Origin: Eledone cirrhosa
Taxonomy: Eukaryota
DNA length: 64,000 bases
Direction: 5' to 3'
Assembly: GCA_964016885.1 (NCBI GenBank)
Contig: OZ024745.1
Location: 48,360,001 to 48,424,000, forward strand
The notes beneath the pieces are model-generated. The model was not told the origin of the DNA and made no database searches. It saw only the letters and a list, made by a program, of their open reading frames with translations. Below, one piece after another: positions 12,701 to 23,926 of the stretch; positions within the stretch are counted from its first letter, which is position 1, and each line of letters starts with the position of its first letter. Made by a program: the position numbers and the translations under genes.

Positions 12701-13608
12701 CTTAACAAAAATCAAATTATGTTGGAAGGTTTTAATTTAAATAGCAACCTATTAAAATGGGTATTTTTGTTTCATAGAATCAGGTAGTTTTGGGCAAGTT
12801 GGTATCAAAAGGATTAATGGACTCTAGTTTTAGGATAACTTTTTTCCTTCCTTCCACTAAACTGAGAGGCGCTGAAATAGGTCATGGACACTTCTTTTCA
12901 TCTTTGCATTAAGCAATAAAAGATTTAAAAAACAACTTATAATTACATGTACCTGCAGATAGTATCAGCTATGAAAACAAAACAAGACAATTGAAACATA
13001 ATTTCCTTGGTCACATCTGATGATCATTCCCTTTTATAGTGCTTACTAAAAATAATATAACGATTTATTTCCACTAGGCACAAAATCCCCCTTTTAAAAG
13101 ATATATATGAGGTTTATAGTTATTTTGTCAACTTAGTATATATTTTGTAGTTGATTTATCATCAATCCCCAAAAGATGAAGAATAAATTATTGAACTTTG
13201 GTTGTTATAGTTTCATTTTATGTGTCTGTTAACTCTTTTACCTTTATAAAAATGGTTTCAAATTTAGGCACAAGGCCTGCAATTTGGGGGGTGAGGAGAA
13301 GGTCAATTATATCAACTCCAGTTCTTTAATGGTACTTTATTTCATCAACTCCTGAAAGGATGAAAGGCAAACAGAGCCACCTATTTTAAAGGGTTCCCCT
13401 TTAAGTTAAACCCTTTCAACATAATTTGATATAAGAACCTTTGGTTAAGTTAAGGTACAATATCATCTTAATAATGGTTTCTGATTTAGGTACAAGACCA
13501 GCAGTTGAGTAGGGTGATGGTGGTGGTGGTGATGATGATGATGATGATGATGGTGACATCATGGTCATCATTGTGTTTTGTGAAATGAATATCCAAATTA
13601 AAAATCTA

Positions 13609-15140
13609 ACTGAAGTAGTTGAGTAATTGTAATGACAGATCTTAAATTAGGTGGTAATACTGGTAACTGAAGTTGAGTAATTCTAATGACAGATCTTAAA
13701 TTATGTGGTAATACTGGTAACTGAAGTTGAGTAATTCTAATGACAGATCTTAAATTATGTGGTAATACTGGTAACTGAAGTTGAGTAATTCTAATGACAG
13801 ATCTTAAATTATGTGGTAATACTGGTAACTGAAGTTGAGTAATTCTAATGACAGATCTTAAATTAGGTGGTAATACTGGTAACTGAAGTTGAGTAATTCT
13901 AATGACAGATCTTAAATTACGTGGTAATACTGGTAACTGAAGTTGAGTAATTCTAATGACAGATCTTAAATTACGTGGTAATACTGGTAACTGAAATTGA
14001 GTAATTCTAATGACAGATCTTAAATTATGTGGTAATACTGGTAACTGAAGTTGAGTAATTCTAATTACAGATCTTAAATTAGGTGGTAATACTGGTAACT
14101 GGAGTTGAGTAATTCTAATGACAGATCTTAAATTAGGTGGTAATACTGGTAACTGAAGTTGAGTAATTCTAATGACAGATCTTAAATTATGTGGTAATAC
14201 TGGTAACTGAAGTTGAGTAATTCTAATGACAGATCTTAAATTATGTGGTAATACTGGTAACTGAAGTTGAGTAATTCTAATGACAGATCTTAAATTAGGT
14301 GGTAATACTGGTAATTGAAGTTGAGTAATTCTAATGACAGATCTTAAATTATGTGGTAATACTGGTAACTGAAGTTGAGTAATTCTAATGACAGATCTTA
14401 AATTATGTGGTAATACTGGTAACTGAAGTTGAGTAATTCTAATGACAGATCTTAAATTACATGGTAATACTGGTAACTGAAGTTGAGTAATTCTAATGAC
14501 AGATCTTAAATTATGTGGTAATACTGGTAACTGAAGTTGAGTAATTCTAATGACAGATCTTAAATTACATGGTAATACTGGTAACTGAAGTTGAGTAATT
14601 CTAATGACAGATCTTAAATTACGTGGTAATACTGGTAACTGAAATTGAGTAATTCTAATGACAGATCTTAAATTATGTGGTAATACTGGTAACTGAAGTT
14701 GAGTAATTCTAATGACAGATCTTAAATTAGGTGGTAATACTGGTAACTGGAGTTGAGTAATTCTAATGACAGATCTTAAATTACGTGGTAATACTGGTAA
14801 CTGAAGTTGAGTAATTCTAATGACAGATCTTAAATTACGTGGTAATACTGGTAACTGAAATTGAGTAATTCTAATGACAGATCTTAAATTATGTGGTAAT
14901 ACTGGTAACTGAAGTTGAGTAATTCTAATGACAGATCTTAAATTAGGTGGTAATACTGGTAACTGGAGTTGAGTAATTCTAATGACAGATCTTAAATTAG
15001 GTGGTAATACTGGTAACTGAAGTTGAGTAATTCTAATGACAGATCTTAAATTATGTGGTAATACTAGTACTGAAGTTGAGTAATTCTAATGACAGATCTT
15101 AAATTATGTGGTAATACTGGTAACTGAAGTAGCTGAGTAA
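13609..15140. repeat. 54-bp tandem repeat, ~28 nearly identical units
   Basis: Unit GAGTAATTCTAATGACAGATCTTAAATTA[T/G/C]GTGGTAATACTGGTAACTGAAGTT; period confirmed at 13621, 13675, 14161, 14701. Confidence 0.97.
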
Positions 15141-16377
15141 TATTCTAGTTCTAATTATAATATAATGCAGTCATAGTACTGTTTTGTATTTTTCAAGAAT
15201 GTCCTGCTAATGCAGTTACTTCATTAAATGAAGCAAATCAATAAAAGTTGTATTGGATGAAAAAGGAAATGTCTAGTGTTCCTCGTAGACAAGGAAGTAA
15301 TGACAGATTGTATATAGTTATGGAAGCTAAAGACATGTGGAGAAGAAACAAAAACAACATTTATCAATGTAAAAAGGAAACATAACATATGAAGATACTG
15401 TAAAAAAGGAAGACAGGTTGTCAAGAACAAGAAATAAAAAAATACATTTTATGAATATAAAAGGGAAACAAAACATAATAATGTACACCAAACTTTTAAT
15501 ATAAAAAGCAGTAAAAAATATATGAAAGGTCTGATCATAAATTAACTATTGAAAGGTATGTTATAGAGTACTTCCTTCCAAGATATTGCAAACAATACCA
15601 GCATTTAAAGCAAATCCAGTATTCAAAGTCACTTTTCATGGATAAAAAAAAAGAGTAAATGAAAAGAGTATTGAATATCTTTAGTGGAAATTTTGAAAGA
15701 TTTTCTCTTTGCCTACCATCAGATTTTTATGTTTAATTTTAATGTTAATGATTTGTTGAAGAAAATTAACTGTGTATCTAGAAACAAATTTCTGTATATG
15801 TATTCCTCCTCCTTCTTCTTCATTGTCATCGTCATCATTTAACATCCACTTTTCCATGCTGGCATGGGTTGGACAGATTGCAACAAACCAAGAATGTCCT
15901 TTATCAAGGCTACTGACATCCCAGACGGACCAGGCACCACATCTCACTTACATATGTTCCATTATTGGCATGGGGTTTACAGCTGAATACCCTTCCAATC
16001 ACCAACCAATTTACAGAGTGTGCTGGGTGGATTTTAACATGGCACCAACATTAGGAAGGTTGCCATGTCCTTGACACAACCAAGAGTTTTCTGTTAACTG
16101 AAATTATATGAAAGAGTTGACCAAATGCAAGACTCAAGGGCACAGTAAAGATATACAAGTGGAAATGGAACTAAATTAAAAATAAGTATTTGAAATTTTT
16201 GATATGCAGATATTTTTTCGAAACTATCCTAAAATCTCTTAAATTCTCAATATCTTGTACTGCTGCATTAGCAAGACATTTTTGAAAAGTATAAAACAGC
16301 ACTGTGGCTGTTGCATAACATCAATTTAGTTTACAAACAATCTATGCACTAGGGAAAATAATGTAAATTAACAAGCT

Positions 16378-16748
16378 CATCATCATCATCATCATCATCA
16401 TCGTTTAACGTCCATATTCCACGCTTGCATGGGTTTGGACGGGAGTTTTCCCACTTGAGGCAAGAGTGGTTGTCTTGCTCGTATAGGACTGTCTGGCGGG
16501 TTTTCTACGGCTGGATGCCCTTCCTAACACCAACCACATTTACAGTGTGGAACTGGGAGGTTTTTACCGTGTTACCTACACGGCCACATTACAGCGTGGA
16601 CTGTGTGTTTTTTTGTCGTGACACCTACACGACCTCATTTGTTTCAGCCTGGATGTTGTGGTACCAACATAACTTTGGGGTTGGGGTTATGTTGGCCATC
16701 TGCGGCCGCAACAAGGAGGGGAGGGGGCTTGCCCTTTCGTCCGGCAGC
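16378..16748 (-). mobile_element. RTE LINE 3' UTR copy with (GAT)n tail
   Basis: 16378-16676 is the reverse complement of ~25715-26002 at high identity; (cat)n at 16378-16401. Confidence 0.85.
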
Positions 16749-17489
16749 ATTTTTAGATATTTTCTTCTAAATATTTACAAGATGTTAAGAATTAATTTAT
16801 CTTGTACTCGTAGAAGACTATATAGCTTTTTTAGTTCATCCAGAGTAATTTTATGATTCTTCATATAATGTATTGCATTATATCTGCAAAGTGAAGAGCC
16901 TGTGTTTTTCTATAAAAATGTTAATGTTTCCAGTCATTGTAAATTATATTTGCTTCCTTTAGTATAATGTACTGAATTTCTCATTTATTATACTGGAAAA
17001 TAAAGTTTTATATTTAGTGCTGCCATTAATTTTTGTTGTTATGCTTTACACATATGTAGCTGGCTTTCTATAAGGCTACATCTCATTGGAGGTTTGGGGG
17101 GGTGATTTAATGATAAAGGTCATCATCATCATATAACATCCACTTTTCCTGCTAGTAAGAGTTCAACTGGTCTATACAGACTGAATCAATACTCAAGCAG
17201 GGCTACTGACTACCCAGACAGGCAGGTGCTCCGCATCTTACTAACATATGGTTCCACAGTCTACCAAATAAATTTTATTGTGGCACCAGCACTACAGAGA
17301 TTCTCAAGTCTCTGATACAATTGAAGGGTCCTCCAAAACCTTTGTCTGGCAAGCTTTCGACAGCTCAATGCCTTTCTTTTCATAGCTATACCATGTTAAT
17401 GTTTTTCTAGTTTACAGGAAATAAAATTTGAATGCACACTTAAAATAGATACTGCAAGTCTAACATTCTAGTTATGCTATTAGTTCCAC

Positions 17490-18623
17490 TGATGCGTAAA
17501 CACGCATTAAGGCTACGGCACCTCTACGTATTCCTCACCGGACAGCCGGTGTGGGCCTCGTTTGTGAGACGAACCTTTCCCAGACTCGTCTCACTCACCG
17601 AGCTGCAATCCTGGGTCAAGCAAAGACCGAGAAAACTGGGCGCCTGGCACACTGAGTGTGCCCAGGCGCTCACCGCCCTCTGGCAGGCGGATCCGGTTAT
17701 CAGTGGAGACTCCACCGCAACATTCTATAGAGGGCTGGTACGCAGCAGGTGCGACGACGCCCTCGGAGAAGCCCTAGACATGGAGGAGGACGAACTGGCC
17801 AGCCTGTTCGGTAGGACATTCAGCCCGGGACCTATGGACAACTTCCAGAAGTCCCTGGCCTGGCAGTGCTACCGAGGGGCTTTACCCGTTCGAGAAAGGC
17901 TCTACAGACACGGGCGCCCGGGTAGGGACCCCGCCAAAAAGATCTGTCCCAGATGCGTGTGCGACGAGGAAACCGTTGCACACGCATTAGTACACTGCTC
18001 GGGCGTAGCCGATCTGTGGGGCTATGTCGAACAACTGCTGTCAAGGGTGGGACCGATCCGGTTGACCACCGAGTCTATTGTAATGATCAAGCCGCCTCCC
18101 CCCTTCAAAGATGAAGCAGAGGCGGTGTTTCTGTGCGTAATAGCCATGGCGAAAGAGGTTGTATGGTGGACGCGTCTGAAAGGACTGAGGTCAGGCACCT
18201 TTCTCTCTGGCCAACAACTGGTCCGTTTCTTCCGATATCATTTCGGAAGAAGGATCAGGATGGAGAGAGAGGTGCTGCACCCCAGCCGTTTCTATGAAAG
18301 ATGGGTGAAAGTGGCGAGAATGGCCCGTGTGAATGGGCCTTCACTCTACATCAGACTATAGGTGAGGAAGATGAAAGACCAAGGGAGCACCCCTTCTCTG
18401 TGCTCCTGAGGAGAAGGGTTGCACACTTTTTTCGGGGGTGTGTGCGACCCCCCAAGGCGCCTCCTCTCTATTGAGGATTTTGTTAAAAATTTTATTTTTT
18501 GTTATATCTTATTTTATTTTTATATTTTGTTATTGCCTCCTCCTTATTGAGGACGCCTTTTTGTGTAAACTCCCCCCATTGTACTTGTCCCACTTTTGAT
18601 GCCCTAGTGGCAAATAAAAGAAA
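17490..18623 (+). mobile_element. 5'-truncated L1/Tx1-like non-LTR retrotransposon, young copy
   Basis: Stop-free, GC-rich ORF 17474-18361 with zf-RVT motif CPRCVCDEETVAHALVHC; 3' UTR ends gccctagtggcaaataaaagaaa. Confidence 0.85.
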
Positions 18624-19384
18624 CTTATATATAAGAAAGGCCCACAATCCAGTTGTTTTATCCAAGTTCCATTTTCTACATTTTAAATCTATAGTATTTT
18701 AACCATTTTCATACCAAACCACTTGAAACTGCCTCTGGTTTTAGGATATAAAACCGTTTATTTCAAAGTATATATATTTTTTCTAAAAACCTTCCATCAT
18801 AGTTTTATGTAAGAACGTTTGTTAGATTATGTTCCAAATACTAACTTAGTAATGAGAGAATTCATTTTATCAAACCTGTCAAAATGATTTTAAAATAATA
18901 GTCAGTGTCTTTCATTAGAAATATGGTGACAAAAGGGTTAATTGATTCTGCAATAGGATCTAAATGAAATTCATAGAAATGTTCATGAGTAATAATGCTT
19001 GAATTCTGTTATCTGAATATTAAATAATGTGCGAAAATAGAGTCATTAATAAACAAACATCATAATTGTTATCATCATCATGTTGTTGTTGTTGCCAGAC
19101 TTCTGCACAGTTTCTGTCTACCAAATCTCAATCACAAAACATTGGTAAACTTGAAGCTATTGTAGAAGATATACATCCAAGATGCTACACAGTAAGATTG
19201 AATCCGAAATCACATGCTTATGAAACAAACTCCTTAACCACAAAACCCTGCCTGCTTTTTGTTGTGTGGTTAGAGATGAAAGAATGGTGGACTCTACAGG
19301 CAGCAAGCCATTTTACTAACAGTTTGGCATACCAGAAAAATAAAACAACACAGTTTTCACTATAATTCTTGAGAGTGAGGGTTC

Positions 19385-19590
19385 AATGGTGGGTGACATA
19401 GCAGAGTTCCAGTAGATCTGGTTTTACAAAAGCTGTACTGGTAGCCATTAAGGAAAAGGAGAAGCTCAATATGATGGAGAAGGTTGCTGTTAATAGCTGT
19501 CTCCATCACCTTTGATATATTGGGAGTGTGATAGAGCATTAGTTGGTAGAAATAGAAGGGCTGTCTTTCTTGGGCACGAAACACTAGTAT
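19385..19590 (-). mobile_element. Degenerate CR1/Jockey-group LINE reverse-transcriptase fragment
   Basis: ISKVMETAINSNLLHHIE...LNGYQYSFCKTRST matches the early RT motifs (SKxME...QYGFR..RST). Confidence 0.65.
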
Positions 19591-20929
19591 TTTGCCAAAG
19601 ATCAGGATATATTCATGGTGTGTGTGTGTATGTGTGTGAGAGAGTGAGTATCTGTGGTAGATTCTGTGAGTGTAATGGGAGGAGCGATTGCTTTGTTGGT
19701 TTGAAGCAATCAGGAGTGCTTTTGTACTTGGTGTGTGTGTAATGGTGAGCCAGGTGGCGTGGAAAGGGATTGCTATATTTTCCTTACAATAAACAATCCT
19801 CTTTTATTCTTCTCATACGAAGAGTGAGACTACATGGACAGACTTAGCCTACAAGCCTTGACATGTCTAGAATAATCACCAGCAAAGTTACAAATAATAC
19901 AATCCATGTTCACTGTCTTCTTTATTACTTGAATATCAGTTATAAAACAACTCTAATTACTGCTCTACAAAACTTTTAATAGCCATCACAACAATTAGCA
20001 GATGACATAGAAACATTAAAAAAATATAAGAACTGAAAAGGATGTTACTTGTCTTTCTTTGCATTATTAAATCCACATGGAGAGAAATTAATTAAAAATT
20101 AAATACATAAAATAAAAGCAGACCCAAAATATATATAAATATAAAAACTGAGTAATTAAAAAGTAGATTTTATTTTCATATAACCAGATGAGGTGGTAGA
20201 ATGGGCAAGTGTGCGTTTATTGTAACAGCAATATTTAGAAGCCTTCTTTACCTCTTATTAATATATACTACAGGCAGAGCTGGCACCTAAGTATTCCATG
20301 CCCTAGGCTGCCTTTACAGTGTGTGTCCCATTCTTCCAAATAAAATGGTTTTAACTTAAAGGTTAGTATTTATCTATTTATTCATTTTAAATGTTGGTAT
20401 AGAGTTAGTAAGCCATTACAAATTATGGGAAGTATCGAGTACTCCTTACAGTGTGTAATAAAAAAAGAACAAGTGGGACAAGTAATAATTTAAAAAATTG
20501 AAAAATGAAAAAAAAACAGAAAAAAAATGAAAAGTTCAAATATTGAAAGCAAATGGGAAGGAGATTATGCTTAAGAAACAAGGGAAGTTGTAAAACAGCT
20601 CGAAGTTTCTGTTGTAAGCTGGTGAACCTAATTTTTTACACTATATTTAGCACTATAATAAAGTATGGGATAGCATCAAGAAGAGCATTCAGTTGTAGGA
20701 AAACTGCTTCAGAAGGTCTAATCTAGTCCATGCCAGTATGCAAAGGTGTATTTAAAAATGATGATGATGATAATGATGATATACTGTACATATATGAAGA
20801 TTGTTTACAGGTTATGCATTGTTGCATGATAGTACATGTTGTGCACCAGTAATTACACAATGTGGCAAGGTGTGTGTGTGTATGTATGCGTGAGGGTAGG
20901 ATATCTAAATAGTTCTGCTACATTGTTCT

Positions 20930-21650
20930 ATCATCATCACTGTTTAACATCCATTTTCCCATGCTAGCATGGGTTATACGAATTGTCCTGTTGTGAGATA
21001 GGCCAGGTTAGGTGATCATGCCTTGCTCAAACAGAACTGATTTTGGCTTGGTGCCCTTGGAGGCCCTTCCTAATGCCAATCACATTTACAATGAGTCCTG
21101 GGTACTTTTTGTTATGACACCTACCTGACCACTTTACAGTGTGGGCTGGGGACTTTGGTCAGAGAGGTAGGTATTTGGGCATGTGTGAGGGGCTGACTGT
21201 TAGGACGTGGGAGGTAAATGGAAGGGGGTATGACAGTGAAGGCGGTGCACATTAGATGTAAGCTTGGGTGGGGGTTGAAGGTAGGGCATATTATACATAT
21301 GCATGTGTTCATGGAAAGGTGGGTCTTCTGTATTACTGCATAACGCCACAGATCTCAGTCCCGTGTCATTGTCTTTGAGAGGTGCAATTGTGCAAGGTCA
21401 GCTTTTATCACCTCATCCCAAGTCTTCCTCGGCCTCCCCACTCCACGGCTTCCATTAACTTTGAGTGCTCTGCACCTTTTTATACAGCTGTCATCCTTCA
21501 TATGCATCACATGTTCATACCACCACAATCTCCTCTCCTGCACACTGCATCTGATTCCTCTTATGCCTAGTTTCTCTCTCAGTTCATTTATGCTTTGCCA
21601 TTCATGTATATTACTATAACATGTTCATCAGAGCATGCAAGCAATCTAGG
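20930..21650 (-). mobile_element. Truncated RTE LINE (C-terminus and 3' UTR)
   Basis: ORF 21355-21543(-) QERRLWWYEHVMHM...GVGRPRKTWDEVIKADL is homologous to the end of 23927-26002; (cat)n tail near 20931. Confidence 0.85.
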
Positions 21651-22974
21651 TTAGAAATCAATCACATTCACCTTGTCATTTTGCTACAATCCTTTCATAG
21701 TCATTTAAGTTTTTTAATAATATTTTTTAACTGCTACACAGATAAACCTATTTAAAAATGACAAAAACAAGTATTACATTTATTTAAAAACAAAAAAAAA
21801 ACAATAGAGGTGAAGCTCATTCATCCAAATTAACATCCTTGATTAATTTGTTTACTGAAGAATATTACACTTTGAATTCTGAACACAAAAGTCATTTTGA
21901 TGGTGATGATGATGATGATGGTAGCAGTGGTGGTGGGATCAACTGGATTTGTTTCAATCTTCTGTTATGGTTTCATTCTGTGCACAGAGACATTATTTAT
22001 AAACTTACTATTTTATAGACCAATTTACATATCTATCGCATTCTTCACAGCTAGTTCAATTTATAAATTACTAAATGCCAAGAATGTGTTAAATATGCAA
22101 ATCAATCTATCCAATTTACATAAACTCTTACTAATAGTGAGGTTATAAGCAGTATCTTCTTTCATTGCCACATTTCTAATGAAATACACTAGCAATGATT
22201 TTTAAATCATTTTGAAAATAACCAAGAATTTGGAGGGATTTACTAATGTAAATAACTCACTCATTATTTATCTGGTGTTTCAATCTAGATAAATTTACAT
22301 TTTTGTATCATAGAACTGCTTTAAGCAGTTTGGTATCAAAAGGCTTAAAGAGAGTGCACAATTGCTGAAGAAAACCCAACATAGGATCAAAATTAATATG
22401 TTCACTCTTTTTCTGTCTGTGAAGGTATTTTATATAAAGACAAAGTGTTTAAGTCTGTCTGTGATATAGTGTTAGCTAAAATGTATAGATATATTCTCTA
22501 GTAAAGAATATCATTGAAATGAAACCGTGTTAATGCATCAGTAATTTATTAATCAAACTAGCTGCCAAGAATGCATTAAATATGTATACCAGTCTATCTG
22601 ATTTACTTAAGCTTTGAGTAATAGGATCTTTATAAGCAGTGTCTCTTATTAAAGTAGGTATTCAGTTGTTGATGAAATCTGAACACAGGATGGAAACCCC
22701 AAAAGGTAAAGTTGATTGGATTCAAAGTCAAAACAAAATGATACAACTAAATATTGCAAGGCATTTTGTCCAATACTCTACTGATCCTGCCAATCTACCA
22801 CCTTATAATAATGATGATGATGATAATAATAATAACAACAACAATATGATTTTTATTTGCCTCAAGGGCAACAAATGAAGAATATTACAAAGATAGGTTG
22901 CAAGATCATGGTGTGTGTGTGTGTGTACATATGTGTGAGTTAAAAAGAAAATATATATAAAAATGTAAAAATAT

Positions 22975-23282
22975 AAGGTGGTCGTGCTGTTGACATGAGA
23001 AAAAAAGCACTCAGTCCATTCTGTAAGGTGGTCATGCTAGCAATACAACAAAAAGTACCCAGACCTGCTTGTTAGATGGTTGTTTTGGTGCCATGATAAA
23101 AAGCACCCAGTCCACAATGTAATATGGTTGGTTTTAGGAAGAGCACCCAGTCATAGAAACAGCCAAAATACAGATCCGTATAAGCAAGGCATGGTCACCT
23201 GACTTAACATGTCTCATAACGTGACAACCCATCTAACCTATGCAAGCATGGAAAATGAACGTTAAATGTTGATGAAGATGAT
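22975..23282 (+). mobile_element. RTE-type 3' UTR remnant; similar tails near 1420-1590, 3450-3650, 6805-6906, 15830-16070(-), 17120-17320(-), 20670-20780, 47720-47830(-)
   Basis: Recurrent motif ggttgg..ttaggaagggcatccag...atgc.agcatggaaaa..gacgttaaa.gatgatga. Confidence 0.75.
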
Positions 23283-23926
23283 ATAATGTTATATGTCCCA
23301 AAGGAGGAACAGTCACCTTAGACAAATTGGGGGACCCACAAATCAGTAAATACCTTTCAACACTAAAGCATATGCTTTCACCTTGCAAGGAAATTACAAA
23401 TGAAAACTCACATTGGAAACATCTAACCACACCTGGCTTGCTATTCTCCTCTACTTTCCACTAAATTTACTGGAAGTCAGCTTTCTTTTCTCACCTTTCT
23501 TTTCAAGTAGCAGCTGAAAATTTTGATGAGGGCTTGGCTGGAAAAGAAAGTGTTTGCTCTCACTCCTTACAATCTCTTCCCCAACACTATCTTTTTCACC
23601 ATAGCTACCAGATAGATGAAAACTGCTCAGTCTTCTTCCTTACCAAATGAAAATGGCAGATAATATTGTCTACTAAACTGCTTGAATAATCACAGTTGGT
23701 TGAAGTTTTCAACTGAATGTATTATATGAGCCCCTAATGTGTTAATAGCTAGTTTGATGTTATTGAATTTTGGATTTCAATTTCTATACCCAGATAAAAA
23801 TCTAAATAAACACAATCTTGTCACACAAATTATATAAACTAGTACATGATCCATTGTATTACAAACAGTAAAATTCTGTTTCATATTTTCATACACACAT
23901 ACATGTATTTATATATATATATAATT

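Noticed and set aside
13609-15140. CRISPR-like array
   Set aside because: Units are contiguous and near-identical with no unique spacers, there are no cas genes, and the context is eukaryotic.
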